This document shows positions 39,831-51,112 of a stretch of DNA of 64,000 nucleotides, piece by piece (position 1 is the first letter of the stretch; each line of letters starts with the position of its first letter). The stretch covers positions 4,340,001 through 4,404,000 of the forward strand of contig CM035351.1 of assembly GCA_020137815.1 (NCBI GenBank), given 5' to 3'. The position numbers and the translations under genes were made by a program. The notes under the pieces are model-generated. The model searched no databases. It worked only from the letters and a program-made list of their open reading frames with translations, and was not told where the DNA came from. Source of the DNA: Hormiphora californensis. Lineage: Eukaryota; Animalia; Ctenophora.

Positions 39831-40103
39831 TCATCTGGTATCAAAATATTTAAGCTCTAAGTGACCAGGAACTGGTAATATTAAAGCTAATTGGCGATAA
39901 CGTCATATATCACATAATTACGAATAATTAGTGAACCGGGGGTGGTAGAGAGCTGTGGGACGGATGGTGCTTTGGACTTTTCATAGAGTCCCTAAGCATA
40001 TAAGCAAGTCAAATTTAAAATTTCATATGCAACTTCCCATTATAGCCCACCCTACTAAAAGAGAAAGTGCAGATTGCAGAAAGAGGAAGAGACATAATAT
40101 ATA

Positions 40104-40821
40104 CAGTCGGACCCCAATTTACCGGAACCCCGATTTACCGGGAGGATTTCTTTCCCCCGATTTTTTTTGGAAAATTTTTGAAGTTTTGCCGGTTGGTAAA
40201 CTTGCATTTGCAATTCGCTAGGTCTAATGGGGATCACGTATCGGTTCGTTTCGAAGCGTCTAATTAGCGGCAGGGCACGTGATAAGATGCACCGATTCGA
40301 AACACGATTCGAACGTGGCTGGTATACCTTAAAAACATTTCATAACTTTTTTTTGCAAAATTTTACAGAATCATTGGCAATGCTTTGATCGATGCTCCCC
40401 GTAAATTTTCTGAGAAAAATTTATTTTGAAACTTTGATACTTCCTCACCCCGCTTCAGGTGCCCAGATTCGGCATGGTATCACGTATCGGTTCGTTTCGA
40501 ACCGTCTAATTAGCGGCAGGACATGCGATAAGATGCACCGATTCGAAACACGATTTGGACTCGGTCGGGGTGGTTTACCTTAGAAAAAGTTTTTACAATT
40601 TTTTTGAATTTTTTAAATTTAATTCTATTTCTAATGACAGAAGCAATGATCATATTGTCATCAATAAATGTATACTATACAGTTAGAGGTGTCTTGGTAT
40701 AGAATTTTGGACAAAAGTAGGATTTATGGATCAAATATGCTCTACCCCGATATACCGGGCACCCCGATTTACCGGGCAAAATGGCTTCCCCCGAGGATCC
40801 CGGTAAATCGGGGTCCGACTG
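40104..40821. mobile_element. pogo-like MITE (same family as 22966 and 30680)
   Basis: TA|CAGTCGGACCCCAATTTACCGG...CCGGTAAATCGGGGTCCGACTG|TA. Confidence 0.85.
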
Positions 40822-41837
40822 TAATTAAATTTGACAGCTATAAAATTATATTATAATTTTATAGCTGTCAAATTTACTGCCGTTTCAATTTGTTGAATAA
40901 GGGGGCTCCACCAGGCTTACTCAACAAGTTTCAATTGCTGTCTGAGTTAATTGATATTCTACTATAAAAGTGCACTGTAAAAATCATTTAATGGAGTCGA
41001 TGCCGCCAGATGCGGGATAAAAAGCATTTCTCGTAATCTAATGTTATCAGTTAGTTAGGTCAAAGAAATTCGTAGGAACATATTGTATGCTTTGGCTTAT
41101 TTCACAAGAGCTTGGATACGCTTTGGGCACGTCACGCCCCTTTGTGTTCACCGCCCACCATACCTTATTGGGATGGTAGACCTTCAAAAAGCGATTTTGG
41201 CAGCTCTATCGGTATGAAGTAATCTCACTGAGATGAGAAGTACTATCACTGGTAGTATCTTGTCAGGTCAATGCTCTAACTGATAGTATCAGTAATACAT
41301 GGATGCTTTATCATAAACTTAAATTCACGTCATACTCTCTCACCCTCTATCCCTCTCTCTCGCAGGGCATCTTGACCTTTCCAACGAGCTCTAGAAAACC
41401 TTTCTATGACTTCATGAGGCTTCAAAACATTCAAAATATCTATGGTTTTATGGTTTTTTTTCAAATGGCTGTGGCCGTGGGCTCAGCCCCATTTTTTTAG
41501 GCCGGGGATGGGTTGAGTTTGGTTTATTTTTGGGTCGGCCAGGCCCCGAATAAAGCAAGGTCAATGATATTCATAGGAACACATGCTTTGGCTTATTCTG
41601 CAAGAATTTGGATACGCTCTATTATATACACCTTATTGGGGTGGCCTGGTAGACATTCAAAAAAGCAATTTGATCAAGTTCAGCGACCTGCTACAGTGCT
41701 AAAAATTAATTTCATGGATTCCACAGGATTTTTGGAAACCTACAGATCTGTGATGCTAGCAATCAAGATATTGAAAATTCTCTGGTTCAGGGTTAATCTG
41801 TATAATTCTACCGTACTACCTTTTGTTGAGGGCTTGT

Positions 41838-42016
41838 CGCTTGCGAAATTTCTCCTGAATCGGTATAAGCTGTAAACCATTATATAGGCTAAAAGTTTTA
41901 GCCTATATAATGGTTTACAGCTTATACCGATTCAGGAGAAATTTCGCAAGCGTAATATATGCTTTACTTTAGCCTATCGTTTTAGTAAAACGATAGGCTA
42001 AAAATAAAGCATATTA
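41838..42016. repeat. Two abutting palindromes (115 bp and about 63 bp)
   Basis: CGCTTGCGAAATTTCTCC...GGAGAAATTTCGCAAGCG, then TAATAT..GCTTTA..TAAAGCATATTA. Confidence 0.85.
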
Positions 42017-43526
42017 ATATCATTATTACATCCCTGATCGAAAGTCCCAACTTAAATTAAAATACAACCCTATCCACTATTAATTGCTTTGCTCGAACCG
42101 GTTTCCCCGCACCCCAAAATAAAACAAAACAACAGTAGTAGGGAGAAATCTACAGATCTAAAGTGCCGCAGATCTGATCAGTCTGTGCGACTTGATCAAG
42201 TTTGATCATTCTGTTTGCTCCCTCACCCTCACACAGGGGCTACGCGGCCACCCACGAGCAATTTGCTATTGGTTAGGTTGAGTTGCTTTACTAGTTCTAA
42301 TTGAACAGAACTATTCCTGCATTTCATCATTTTTTATTGGGGCATTGCTAGGGGCAGGGGATATTAAATTGCTATATGTGATAATATGATAGAACTCCTT
42401 CCAGCTCCTATTAGGAGCTGGTGCCTGGCATGAATTGGTTTCAACACCACATATTTCTATTTTATATTTTAGTTTTACTCTTATTATATGGCCTTTCGCT
42501 AGTACTCAAGTATTGAATTGTTTTGTTCAAACCTTTCATTTTATAGGGAGGGTCGAACAAGGCAAGTATTGAACAGCTCTTCATCTTTATTTTCCTGTCA
42601 GCCATCAACCCTTTTATTATATATTCTAATTTCTAATTTATTATAATATAAATCTTTATGACCTTGTGACCAGTCTGAGACCTATGGATCACACAGCTGG
42701 GTTTGAAAGGTGCACACGCCCCAGCCTGTAACACGCTCTCAAATTAGATGTAATCATCTTAGAAATCATCCTGGAGAATAGGGGCAAACAGGGGCCACGC
42801 ACCACTGCACTAACTTACTTTTCCGTGCTATACTAGCTTACTTTTCCGTGGTTACATAGAATCAATGGGATACCCTGTATAGTGTATACAGCGTATGTCA
42901 TGTTATCTTGTCATGTTATCTTGTCTCGGGATTTTTGGAAACCTACATCTGCGATGTTAGCAATCCAAATATTTTTACCGAAACACCACTGGACTTACTA
43001 CAGAATTGATTAACCCATTTATTCTTAACCAAATAAAGTGATTTAGAATGAACAGAACAGACATCGAACTGGATTCGTTCATTATACCGGGGGAGAAGCT
43101 ATTTCACGCATTGACGTTTGTTAACGGAGTTACTTGTTTATTTACAATCGTTTGTAAGTTGGACAATGGACGCCATTGAAGACTATAAATAGCATCCAGC
43201 TCAATCTATAGTGTAGATTTCACTATCTAGAAAGTCTCTTGAAGCGACAAAAAAATTATTCTTGAAGACCCCTGATCCCCACTGGATCCCTCAAAAAGAA
43301 GTAGTTGTCACTCACACGCTCTGCGTGGTATATATCCTAGAATTATTTTGAAAGTCTGTTGGTATTAGCGTGGCTTTTATCCTGTGCCTCGCTCCTGTGG
43401 CTAGTCTTGTCAGTGTCTGCGTGATGCATAAAAGACATGATGCATAAAAGGCACCACGCTGACACTGACTAGACAAGCTGTCGATCTAGTCACGTATAAC
43501 TATTAACTATACACATGTAATTCCAG

Positions 43527-45618
43527 GTAACGGTTTCGCACTCAAGTGGTTATGCAGCCTTTGGAGGACTGGAGAATCATTTCAGACGACCAACAGCGTC
43601 TTCTTGTGTCTCACTCTGGTGGATCTGACGAGAGGCTTAACAGATTCTCAATTCTACTTCCTCTTTCTCTACATGGACCTTGACGTTCTCCAGGTACAGA
43701 TTTATTACTTGCTGTTACAATTGTTCTACTGTTATACTCGAGACAGTCATGACGGTAGCATATATAATATCCCTTGACTTGTAGTCGACTTGACTTGACA
43801 AGTAGTCGAGACAAGCAGTTAGGCGTTAGGAGATGACAGGTAAGTTATTTCACTGATATAACAAACATGTCAGCTAACTACTTGTCTCGACTACTAACTT
43901 TAATATCTTTAACTTTAATATCTTTAACTAATATCTTGTATCAAATCATCAAACTCAACGTTTTCCTCGCCGCTTGATCATGCTTAACCACTTGTGATAG
44001 TTTGAGATATATATCTTGATATCTTGATATATATCTTGTCTTCTTCTTAGGAATGGTGTTCTGTGTTCGCGATGCTGGAGTGTCTCCCTGCCATTTCCCT
44101 CTCCATCGCCCTCTTTCTATCCATCCTGAAATCTCTGATATTCCTGGACACGTTCCGGGTAAAGCGCTACCTCACTCCCCTCAACAGCACCCTCACTATT
44201 GCTCTCATTGTCGCGACTAAGGTTAGTACTGATCGTGTTGTGAAGAAAACCAAAACGAGGGAAGGTCGTTATAAAGCATCCCAAAATAAGCTGTTATGTG
44301 GTAAATCCAAAAGCACTAAAGCACTAAAGCACTAATTAAGCTGAGGCGATATTAGTAAACATTTATGTAAAAATATTCTCACTTTCCCTAGATCGGTTAT
44401 ACTGGTTATAGGGTGGTGAAATATGGAGTTGTACTTCACCCTCTCTCAGCGGAGTGCCAAATAAAAGATCACTACAACCTCGTTCAGGTAATAATACACA
44501 TTTCCTATACAGTAAGGAAGCCCTCGTGGATTTTCTGTTTAGTTGCCATGACAACTGAACTAGTTGGTATGGAGTTTGATTTGGTAAATTTAGGATAAAA
44601 CTACGTTCTCGTATACCGCCAGTTGGGAAAATTTTTATTTGAAAGACTGTAGGACCATTCTCCCTCAGCTATACAAATTTCCTCCCAAAACTCAGGTGAT
44701 AACATCGTTTGTGCTAAACTATGAACTGATACTACTCCTGTTGATCCTCTTTACATCCTTCCTGGTGTACAAGTTGTACCAGTGCAAATCATCTGTCTCC
44801 CACAGCTTTAACGCAAGTAAGTAACACGTGACAGTTTGCATCGCTTGACCCTATTATATGAATTTATAGAGAAGATGACAAGATGTTGTGTTCGAACACC
44901 AATTTGCAGTATTGTCACATACCCCCTAGGAAATCGATCGGCTACGGCCATGCAATGACACCACTATCAGTATCATAGTGGTAGAGAGTATTATACTAGA
45001 GATCTAGTTGGTACAATGATACAGTGCTGAGTGCCTAATGCATCCTGCTGGAGAATCAATCGCCTCCATTATAATGGTTTCAAAATCCTCTTGATATCCT
45101 TGATTCCTTGTATTGGCACGAGAATACCATTTATAGGCGCAACAAATAAATACCATTCAAATATTAGGCAACCAACCGGGAAATCAACCCCTGTGTGCTA
45201 AAAGACAGTCATCAAATCGACACCCCCATTATGTTATATAGTGATGCATTCCAATTGCATTAACATGATTTCCACTTCAGATGCTCACCGTCTGCCAATG
45301 CTCCGTTGTGCAACATCAATAATAGTGACCTGCATCAGCTGTTATAGTGTGTTCATCATCTGGAGGTTTGTCCTGATCCAAAACATAACTCTCCCTCCCT
45401 TCATGTTCTTCAACCTCAAGATAATTAAGTTGTGCGCGGAGCACATCCTTCTCAATCTCAACAGCATGGTGAACCCATTCGTCTACATCATCAACAACCA
45501 CTCGATCAGAGCGAAGCTATTCCAGCAGCGGGAAAATGGGGTCTTTCTTAGTAACAAGAATAACACCAGAAATTTAACCATATCAAGGGACCCAGGACCA
45601 ACAACAGCCGCAGTGTGA
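43527..45618 (+). CDS. Spliced orphan class A GPCR. Exons approx. 43527-43692, 44051-44221, 44392-44487, 44696-44816, 45281-45618; first exon and start codon unresolved
   Basis: Phase-consistent splicing gives GNGFALKWL (TM1), NSVFLCLTLVDL (TM2), EWCSVFAMLE (TM3 Cys), an ECL2 Cys, TM5, TM6 and NLNSMVNPFVY (NPxxY). Confidence 0.75.
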
Positions 45619-47045
45619 ACTCGGGTTTTGTGAAAGATGAACGATGGAAATTGTATTTTGAAGGTTTTACGTGTTTACAAGTTTTAACATAAAGAGAACC
45701 ATGCAATGCATGGCCCGTACATAAATTAGGGTTATGATATTTGCTATACATTTTTAGCATCAGAAAGATATATCAGAAAGATCCGGAACACTGTTTAGGG
45801 GTGGCGGAACCGACGGGGCTCAAAGTCAACGTGCACAAAATCTTGATTTCGCCACCCCTTAGCTGCACTGTCTGAACACACTTTGTTGCTGGCGCTGCTA
45901 CCTGTTGATTTTGTTGACGAACACTTAGCTAATTCTTCCAACTGTCTAGATTGTGCGGCTAACAAACTATCAATCTTTAATATAATTGGCTGAAAACAGA
46001 TGCTACCAATTTTTGGACTGTGTGGGCGACGCAAATCATGACACATTTTACTATTTTTTGATGTATATTTATGTTATTTACATAAAAATTCGCTTTCAGA
46101 TGTCTTATTATTGATATTTCATTCGAAGGTTAGCCTATTTGATTCTTATTTCTCAGGGGTCTCAAAAGATATCCATTTGCTATGCCCCGATACCACTTCC
46201 ACTGTCCACAACAAGGTTTCCTAAACCTATAATAGCCCTAGGCCTACCCAATATCTATCGGGGCTAACCACATCCAATGTGGAGCGGGTATCAAGATTTG
46301 AAAACAAACGGATGGCCGATGGAACGCCTAAACTGTAGTCGGTAAACCGGGTCTTTTCACGGATGAAGGACATGCTTACATGGCTTTGGCGTAACATTCC
46401 TTGTGCCTTCTAGAAATTTTCGTGACCAACCGCTGCATAACGCAGCGGTAAACGACCGGACAAGGGTTTTCAAAATTCAAACCCGGCCGGACAAAGCCAT
46501 AAATTAAAAAAACCGAACCGAACAAAGTCTTTAGTCTTCCGATGTGGAGGAAACCTGGAAACAAGAACAGGGAACTGAGCCTGAAGCCTCCAGCCTAGCG
46601 TGTCCGTGTGCGTCCGGGGCGGTAGCCACGATCAGGGGCGTGGGAGGTAGCCCCGGCGGGGTTCTAGGGGCCCCGGGGCGAAGAAAAGAGAGAAGATGGT
46701 CATTTTGTTTATTTGAGATCGGTTCAGCGCTGACAGACGGACAGACAGACAGACAGACAGCCCGGAAGTGAAAGGAAAACGTTAAAATCTGGGTACCTTT
46801 CATTGCTAACAATTCGTAGTTTTGGCGCGCGCGACGGGTTAGGGCTATCCGTTAGGGTCTGGTTAGGGTTTGGTATGGGGTTATCGGTTAGGGCTATCGA
46901 TTCTCTAACTGATACCGTTTAGTTTACTCAAATCGGCCATGTGGTTCCATGGCTATAGCCGTTTGAAAAAAGTCGGTCTAAGTATACTCTTTTGGTAGCG
47001 CGCACCTGTAAACAGGTTGGCATACGTTGCAGGCCCCTTATATAT

Positions 47046-47200
47046 AAAGTCCATTTTTTTTCAACTGTTCACCCCCCAAAGTCGTGCGCGGAATTGTTTT
47101 GCGCGTTTATCACATGTTAACGTGTAGCGCGCGCAGCGTAAATTAAAATATCGCACGCGCACGAGTTGAGGGGTGAACAGTTGAATAAAAATGGACTTTT
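47046..47200. mobile_element. MITE (AAAGTCCATTTT family)
   Basis: TAAAGTCCATTTTTTTTCAACTGTTCACCCC...GGGTGAACAGTTGAATAAAAATGGACTTT. Confidence 0.75.
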
Positions 47201-47889
47201 ATTTAATAATATAATATATATATCGTTGCGGGGGTGCGCGCATGAGGGGGCTGCAGCGCATTCCAAGTAAACAGGCTGCAAGGCACCCAGATTATAATCG
47301 CGCCCGAAGTGAAACTGAATCACCTTTTGGACCGGTTGCAGTCATAGATTTTTGCGCGGCTTTAACTTTTAAGCCGCCAAAAGATACAAGTTACGTAATG
47401 GGCAATTTTTCAGTCGTATACGCTGCCAAAACTGGCGCGCCGCGCGATCTCATCTCGATATCGAGGCGATTTCTTTTTAAAAAAACTCGATTTTTTTATT
47501 TTTTTCTCTTCTTTTTGAAAAGCGCTGCCTTATCCCGCGCTGCGCGTGGCGCAGAACAGCATAGTAGATAACTACATCGACCTCTCCCAATTGTTCCAGT
47601 TTTTGTCACATCTGTTTGGAGCTTCGACACGACCTCTAAACAGGTGTTACTTTTTCACAAACTGTTTTCATCTTGGTGTAATCAGCAGTTGAAATGTTGC
47701 TGATCATAACAAAAACCTGACTAATTTTTTTCAACTTGGGGTAAAACCATGGGTGTCAAAAGTTAGCTCGAGGTCCCCTGAGTAACCATCCGGAGACTCT
47801 AAGAGATATTTCAAGCCGTTTTCCCGTAATCATTAATCCCGGTGGAGAAAAAAATACAATGCGGACGTACGTGAGCGCTGGCAGGCTGT

Positions 47890-49622
47890 TTACTCTTCAA
47901 CTCTTCAAAATAGTTTGACCAGTCATGTCGAGACATCCACATTATAAATAAACGCTTCAGCCTCTCTGAACTCATTCGGCTTTGCAACTAGAAGTCCGTG
48001 CCCCGGCTCAGGGCATAGTCCAACAAGGAGTTTCCATGAACACACGAGTACCCCCTGGTTGGTGGTCTGTCAGCAATGCCCCTGAGGTACCCTCCCAGTA
48101 CAACCTTGAGTTCATCGATATTCCCGGCGTCCTTGACACATTTAGGAAGAGTGTTCCATAGTTTCGCCCCAAGAACCGAAAAAGAGTTTTCAAACATAGT
48201 GGACGCCGACCTTTGTGCCCCATGATTGAATTTTGGGATCACTGCCCGTGCCCCGTAACGAGGGGTGTCCTTGAAATCAAAACCGGGTCCGTTTGGGGCT
48301 AGTCCCTTACAGATTTTGAACATGTGGATAAGGACATAGCGCTCCCTGCGCCTCTGCAGGGACTGTAAATCAAGGAAAGCAAGTCTCTCCCAGTAGTCCA
48401 AGTTTTGACACCCTTGGATACGCCTGGTGAAATTTCGCTGCACCTGCTCCAATTGGGCAATTTCACCAACCGATGACGGGTTCCAGACTGCAGAACAATA
48501 TTCCAGGATTGGGCGAACAAGCGTTTTGTAAAGAGTCATCATTACCTTAACTGATCTGCATTTGAACGCCCCCAGAATCCAGTTTGCAACCCTTGATGCC
48601 GATGCAGATACCTTTTCGATCTGTGGCTTCCACGAACCATCCTCTGACAGGAGAACACCAAGATCCTTTACAACCGGAGAAGATGTCAAACATACTCCAC
48701 TAGGGGTCTCATAAGAGAGATAGCCCGCTGTAAAAGGAAGCTCCCGCATTAAGTTGTTGGAGCGTGGTGAATAACGCACCAGCTCAAACTTATCGTCGTG
48801 GAGTGTCATGTTGTTTAACACCGACCAATCCACCACGTTACACAGATCCTCCTGTAGATTTGCATGATCTAGGATTCCTCTGATAACTTTAATGATCTTC
48901 GTATCATCGGCAAAAGTCAAAGCATCCGAAAAACTCAGGGATGATTCAAGGTCAATGACATAGACCAAGAAAAGTACGGGCCCCAGGACACTCCCCTGCG
49001 GGACACCGCTTAAAACCTCCTTGAAGCTCGAGAAAACCTGGTCAACAGTAACAGTCTGAACACGATCCTGTAAAAAGTTCTTGATCCACTCCAGCAGTTT
49101 TCCTGACACACCATATTTCTCCAATTTGGACACTAAGACCCTGTGATCGACCTTGTCAAACGCCTTTTGATAGTCTAGATAGATCACATCGACCTCATCA
49201 CCATCACTTACTGCACGCAAAACCCGGTCGAGATGTTCTATAAGCTGGGTCAAACAGCTACGGTTTCTCCTAAAACCATGTTGCGACTCATTCAAGATAC
49301 CACACGTCTCGAAGTGGGTAATGAGCCCTGCACGTACCACTCTCTCAAAGCATTTGATGATATTTGACGTCAGCGATACAGGCCTGTAGTTGCCAACCTC
49401 GGATCGGGAACCCTTCTTGAAAATTGGAGTGATGAATTGTCGCTTAAGACAGCTAGGGACAACACCCCGATTAAAGGAATCCCTCCACAGCAAAAACAGA
49501 GGGTACGACAAAGCTGATCGGCACCGGTGGAGTATGCATGATGGTATATCCCCCGGTGGGCCAGCAGAGAAGGGATCGAGCAGCTTGAGAGCTGCCTCGA
49601 TAGAAGATGGAGTGAATTCGAT
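47890..49622 (-). mobile_element. 5'-truncated CR1/L2-type LINE
   Basis: RT ORF plus short 3' UTR ending in tandem TTGAAGAG repeats on the minus strand (47893-47908). Confidence 0.85.
47988..49511 (-). CDS. LINE ORF2 reverse transcriptase domain (507 aa, endonuclease missing)
   Basis: NYRPVSLTS, QHGFR..RSC, YLDYQKAFDKVDH, GVPQGSVLGPVLF, FADD, KDLGV, LYKTLVRPILEYCSAVW, LQSLQRRR. Confidence 0.95.
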   Translation of the reverse strand: MSYPLFLLWRDSFNRGVVPSCLKRQFITPIFKKGSRSEVGNYRPVSLTSNIIKCFERVVRAGLITHFETCGILNESQHGFRRNRSCLTQLIEHLDRVLRAVSDGDEVDVIYLDYQKAFDKVDHRVLVSKLEKYGVSGKLLEWIKNFLQDRVQTVTVDQVFSSFKEVLSGVPQGSVLGPVLFLVYVIDLESSLSFSDALTFADDTKIIKVIRGILDHANLQEDLCNVVDWSVLNNMTLHDDKFELVRYSPRSNNLMRELPFTAGYLSYETPSGVCLTSSPVVKDLGVLLSEDGSWKPQIEKVSASASRVANWILGAFKCRSVKVMMTLYKTLVRPILEYCSAVWNPSSVGEIAQLEQVQRNFTRRIQGCQNLDYWERLAFLDLQSLQRRRERYVLIHMFKICKGLAPNGPGFDFKDTPRYGARAVIPKFNHGAQRSASTMFENSFSVLGAKLWNTLPKCVKDAGNIDELKVVLGGYLRGIADRPPTRGYSCVHGNSLLDYALSRGTDF

Positions 49623-50707
49623 GTTTACATGTTATTGTATGTCTCTCACTCTCTCTGGAAAAACCGCACGTGCGGTTGCGCCGCGCGAGATAACTCTTTC
49701 TCAAGGGGGAGAAAAGAGAGAGACGCACATTAACGTATACATAGTGGGTGAGGCAATTGCACGTAGTCCATACTCAATATGTGCTTTACCGGGATTAATG
49801 ATTACAGGAGAACGGCTTGAAATATCTCTTGGAGTCTCCGGATGGTTACTCAGGGGACCTAGAGCTAACTTTTGACACCCATGGTTTTACCCCAAGTTGA
49901 AAAAAAAATAGTTCGGTTTTTGTTATGATCAACAACATTTCAACTGCTGATTACACCAGATGAAAACAGTTTGTGAAAAAGTAACACCTGTTTAGAGGTC
50001 GTGTCGAGGCTCCAAACTGATGTGACAAAAACTGGAACAATTGGGAGAGGTCAATGTAGTTATCGACTCTACTAGCAACGTTTGCCAACTCTTCTTTCGA
50101 AATTTTCCTTTTGACAGTGTTGAGTGTTCCAAAAGAACGGCAGAGTGAAGACCGTGAAGTCATGGCTCACTTGATGACGAGGTTACGCTTCTCCCTACTG
50201 CGATCATGCCTTATTGTATTACGGGGAAACTGGGGGACAATTGCAATCGCCAAATTGGCGCACAACGAACTGGTGACCTGGGGATTGAAGAGGACCTTAG
50301 CTTGAGAAGTCGAGCAACCGAGGAAGAAGGCGCTGAATTTTGTTCATTGTTTCTTTTGACAGTGAGTTGGCATATGCAGCAGGGGATTAGGGATAAGGCA
50401 GCACTTTTCAAGACAGAGCTGTAAAACGCGTGTCCTTATCCCGCACTGGGGTCTGTAGCATATGCCAAGGCAGTGTGCTTTCTCAAGAACACTATGCACA
50501 GTCGTGTGACAATGTCACAGTGACATGATTAGATGTCCTGACTCGTGTCCGAGCTGCTGATTAAAAACACGCTAAAATAGTGCATTGCCAAAAACGCTTT
50601 TTACCAAAAATTCACGACCAAAATGAGTGACCTTTCCTACTGGGATTGCTTGATGAAACTAGGGATTCTCTGGCTCCAACGTTTTAACAATGAGACGTTC
50701 GTGCCCT

Positions 50708-50908
50708 AGCTCAGAGGCCAGAGCATAGTCGAACAAGGAGGTTCCATGAACACACGAGTACACCCTAGTTGGTGGTCGATCAGTAATGCCCTTGAGGTCC
50801 CCTCCTAGTACAAACTTGAGTTAATCAAACATTCCCGGCCTCCTTGACAGTTGACTCATTTTGGAAGATTATTCCATAGTTTTGCGCCGAGAACCGAAAA
50901 AGAGTTCT
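50708..50908 (-). mobile_element. Diverged 3' fragment of the same LINE family
   Basis: Similar to 47998-48190 (AACAAGGAG..TTCCATGAACACACGAGTAC...AGAACCGAAAAAGAGTT). Confidence 0.75.
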
Positions 50909-51112
50909 TGACTACTAAGAACACCATTGGCACCATCATGTGACATGTGTACGTACCTGCCCAGTGCCCCCGCCCCCTCTCATTTATTATTTAAGCTGGG
51001 ATTTATTGAGGACCACTATTTGTATCTTGACTAACATGTTAATATTTCAGTATAGGATGTAGCTTTAGTTACGGGTTAGGATGTAGGTAGATAGGGAGGC
51101 TCTCCGGGTGCA

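Larger units (their letters stand above)
47564..50066. mobile_element. Foldback element with inverted arms of about 280 bp (47564-47843 and 49788-50066), enclosing a LINE
   Basis: Arms are reverse complements over their length (TAACTACATCGACCTCTCCCAATTGTTCCAG / CTGGAACAATTGGGAGAGGTCAATGTAGTTA). Confidence 0.8.
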
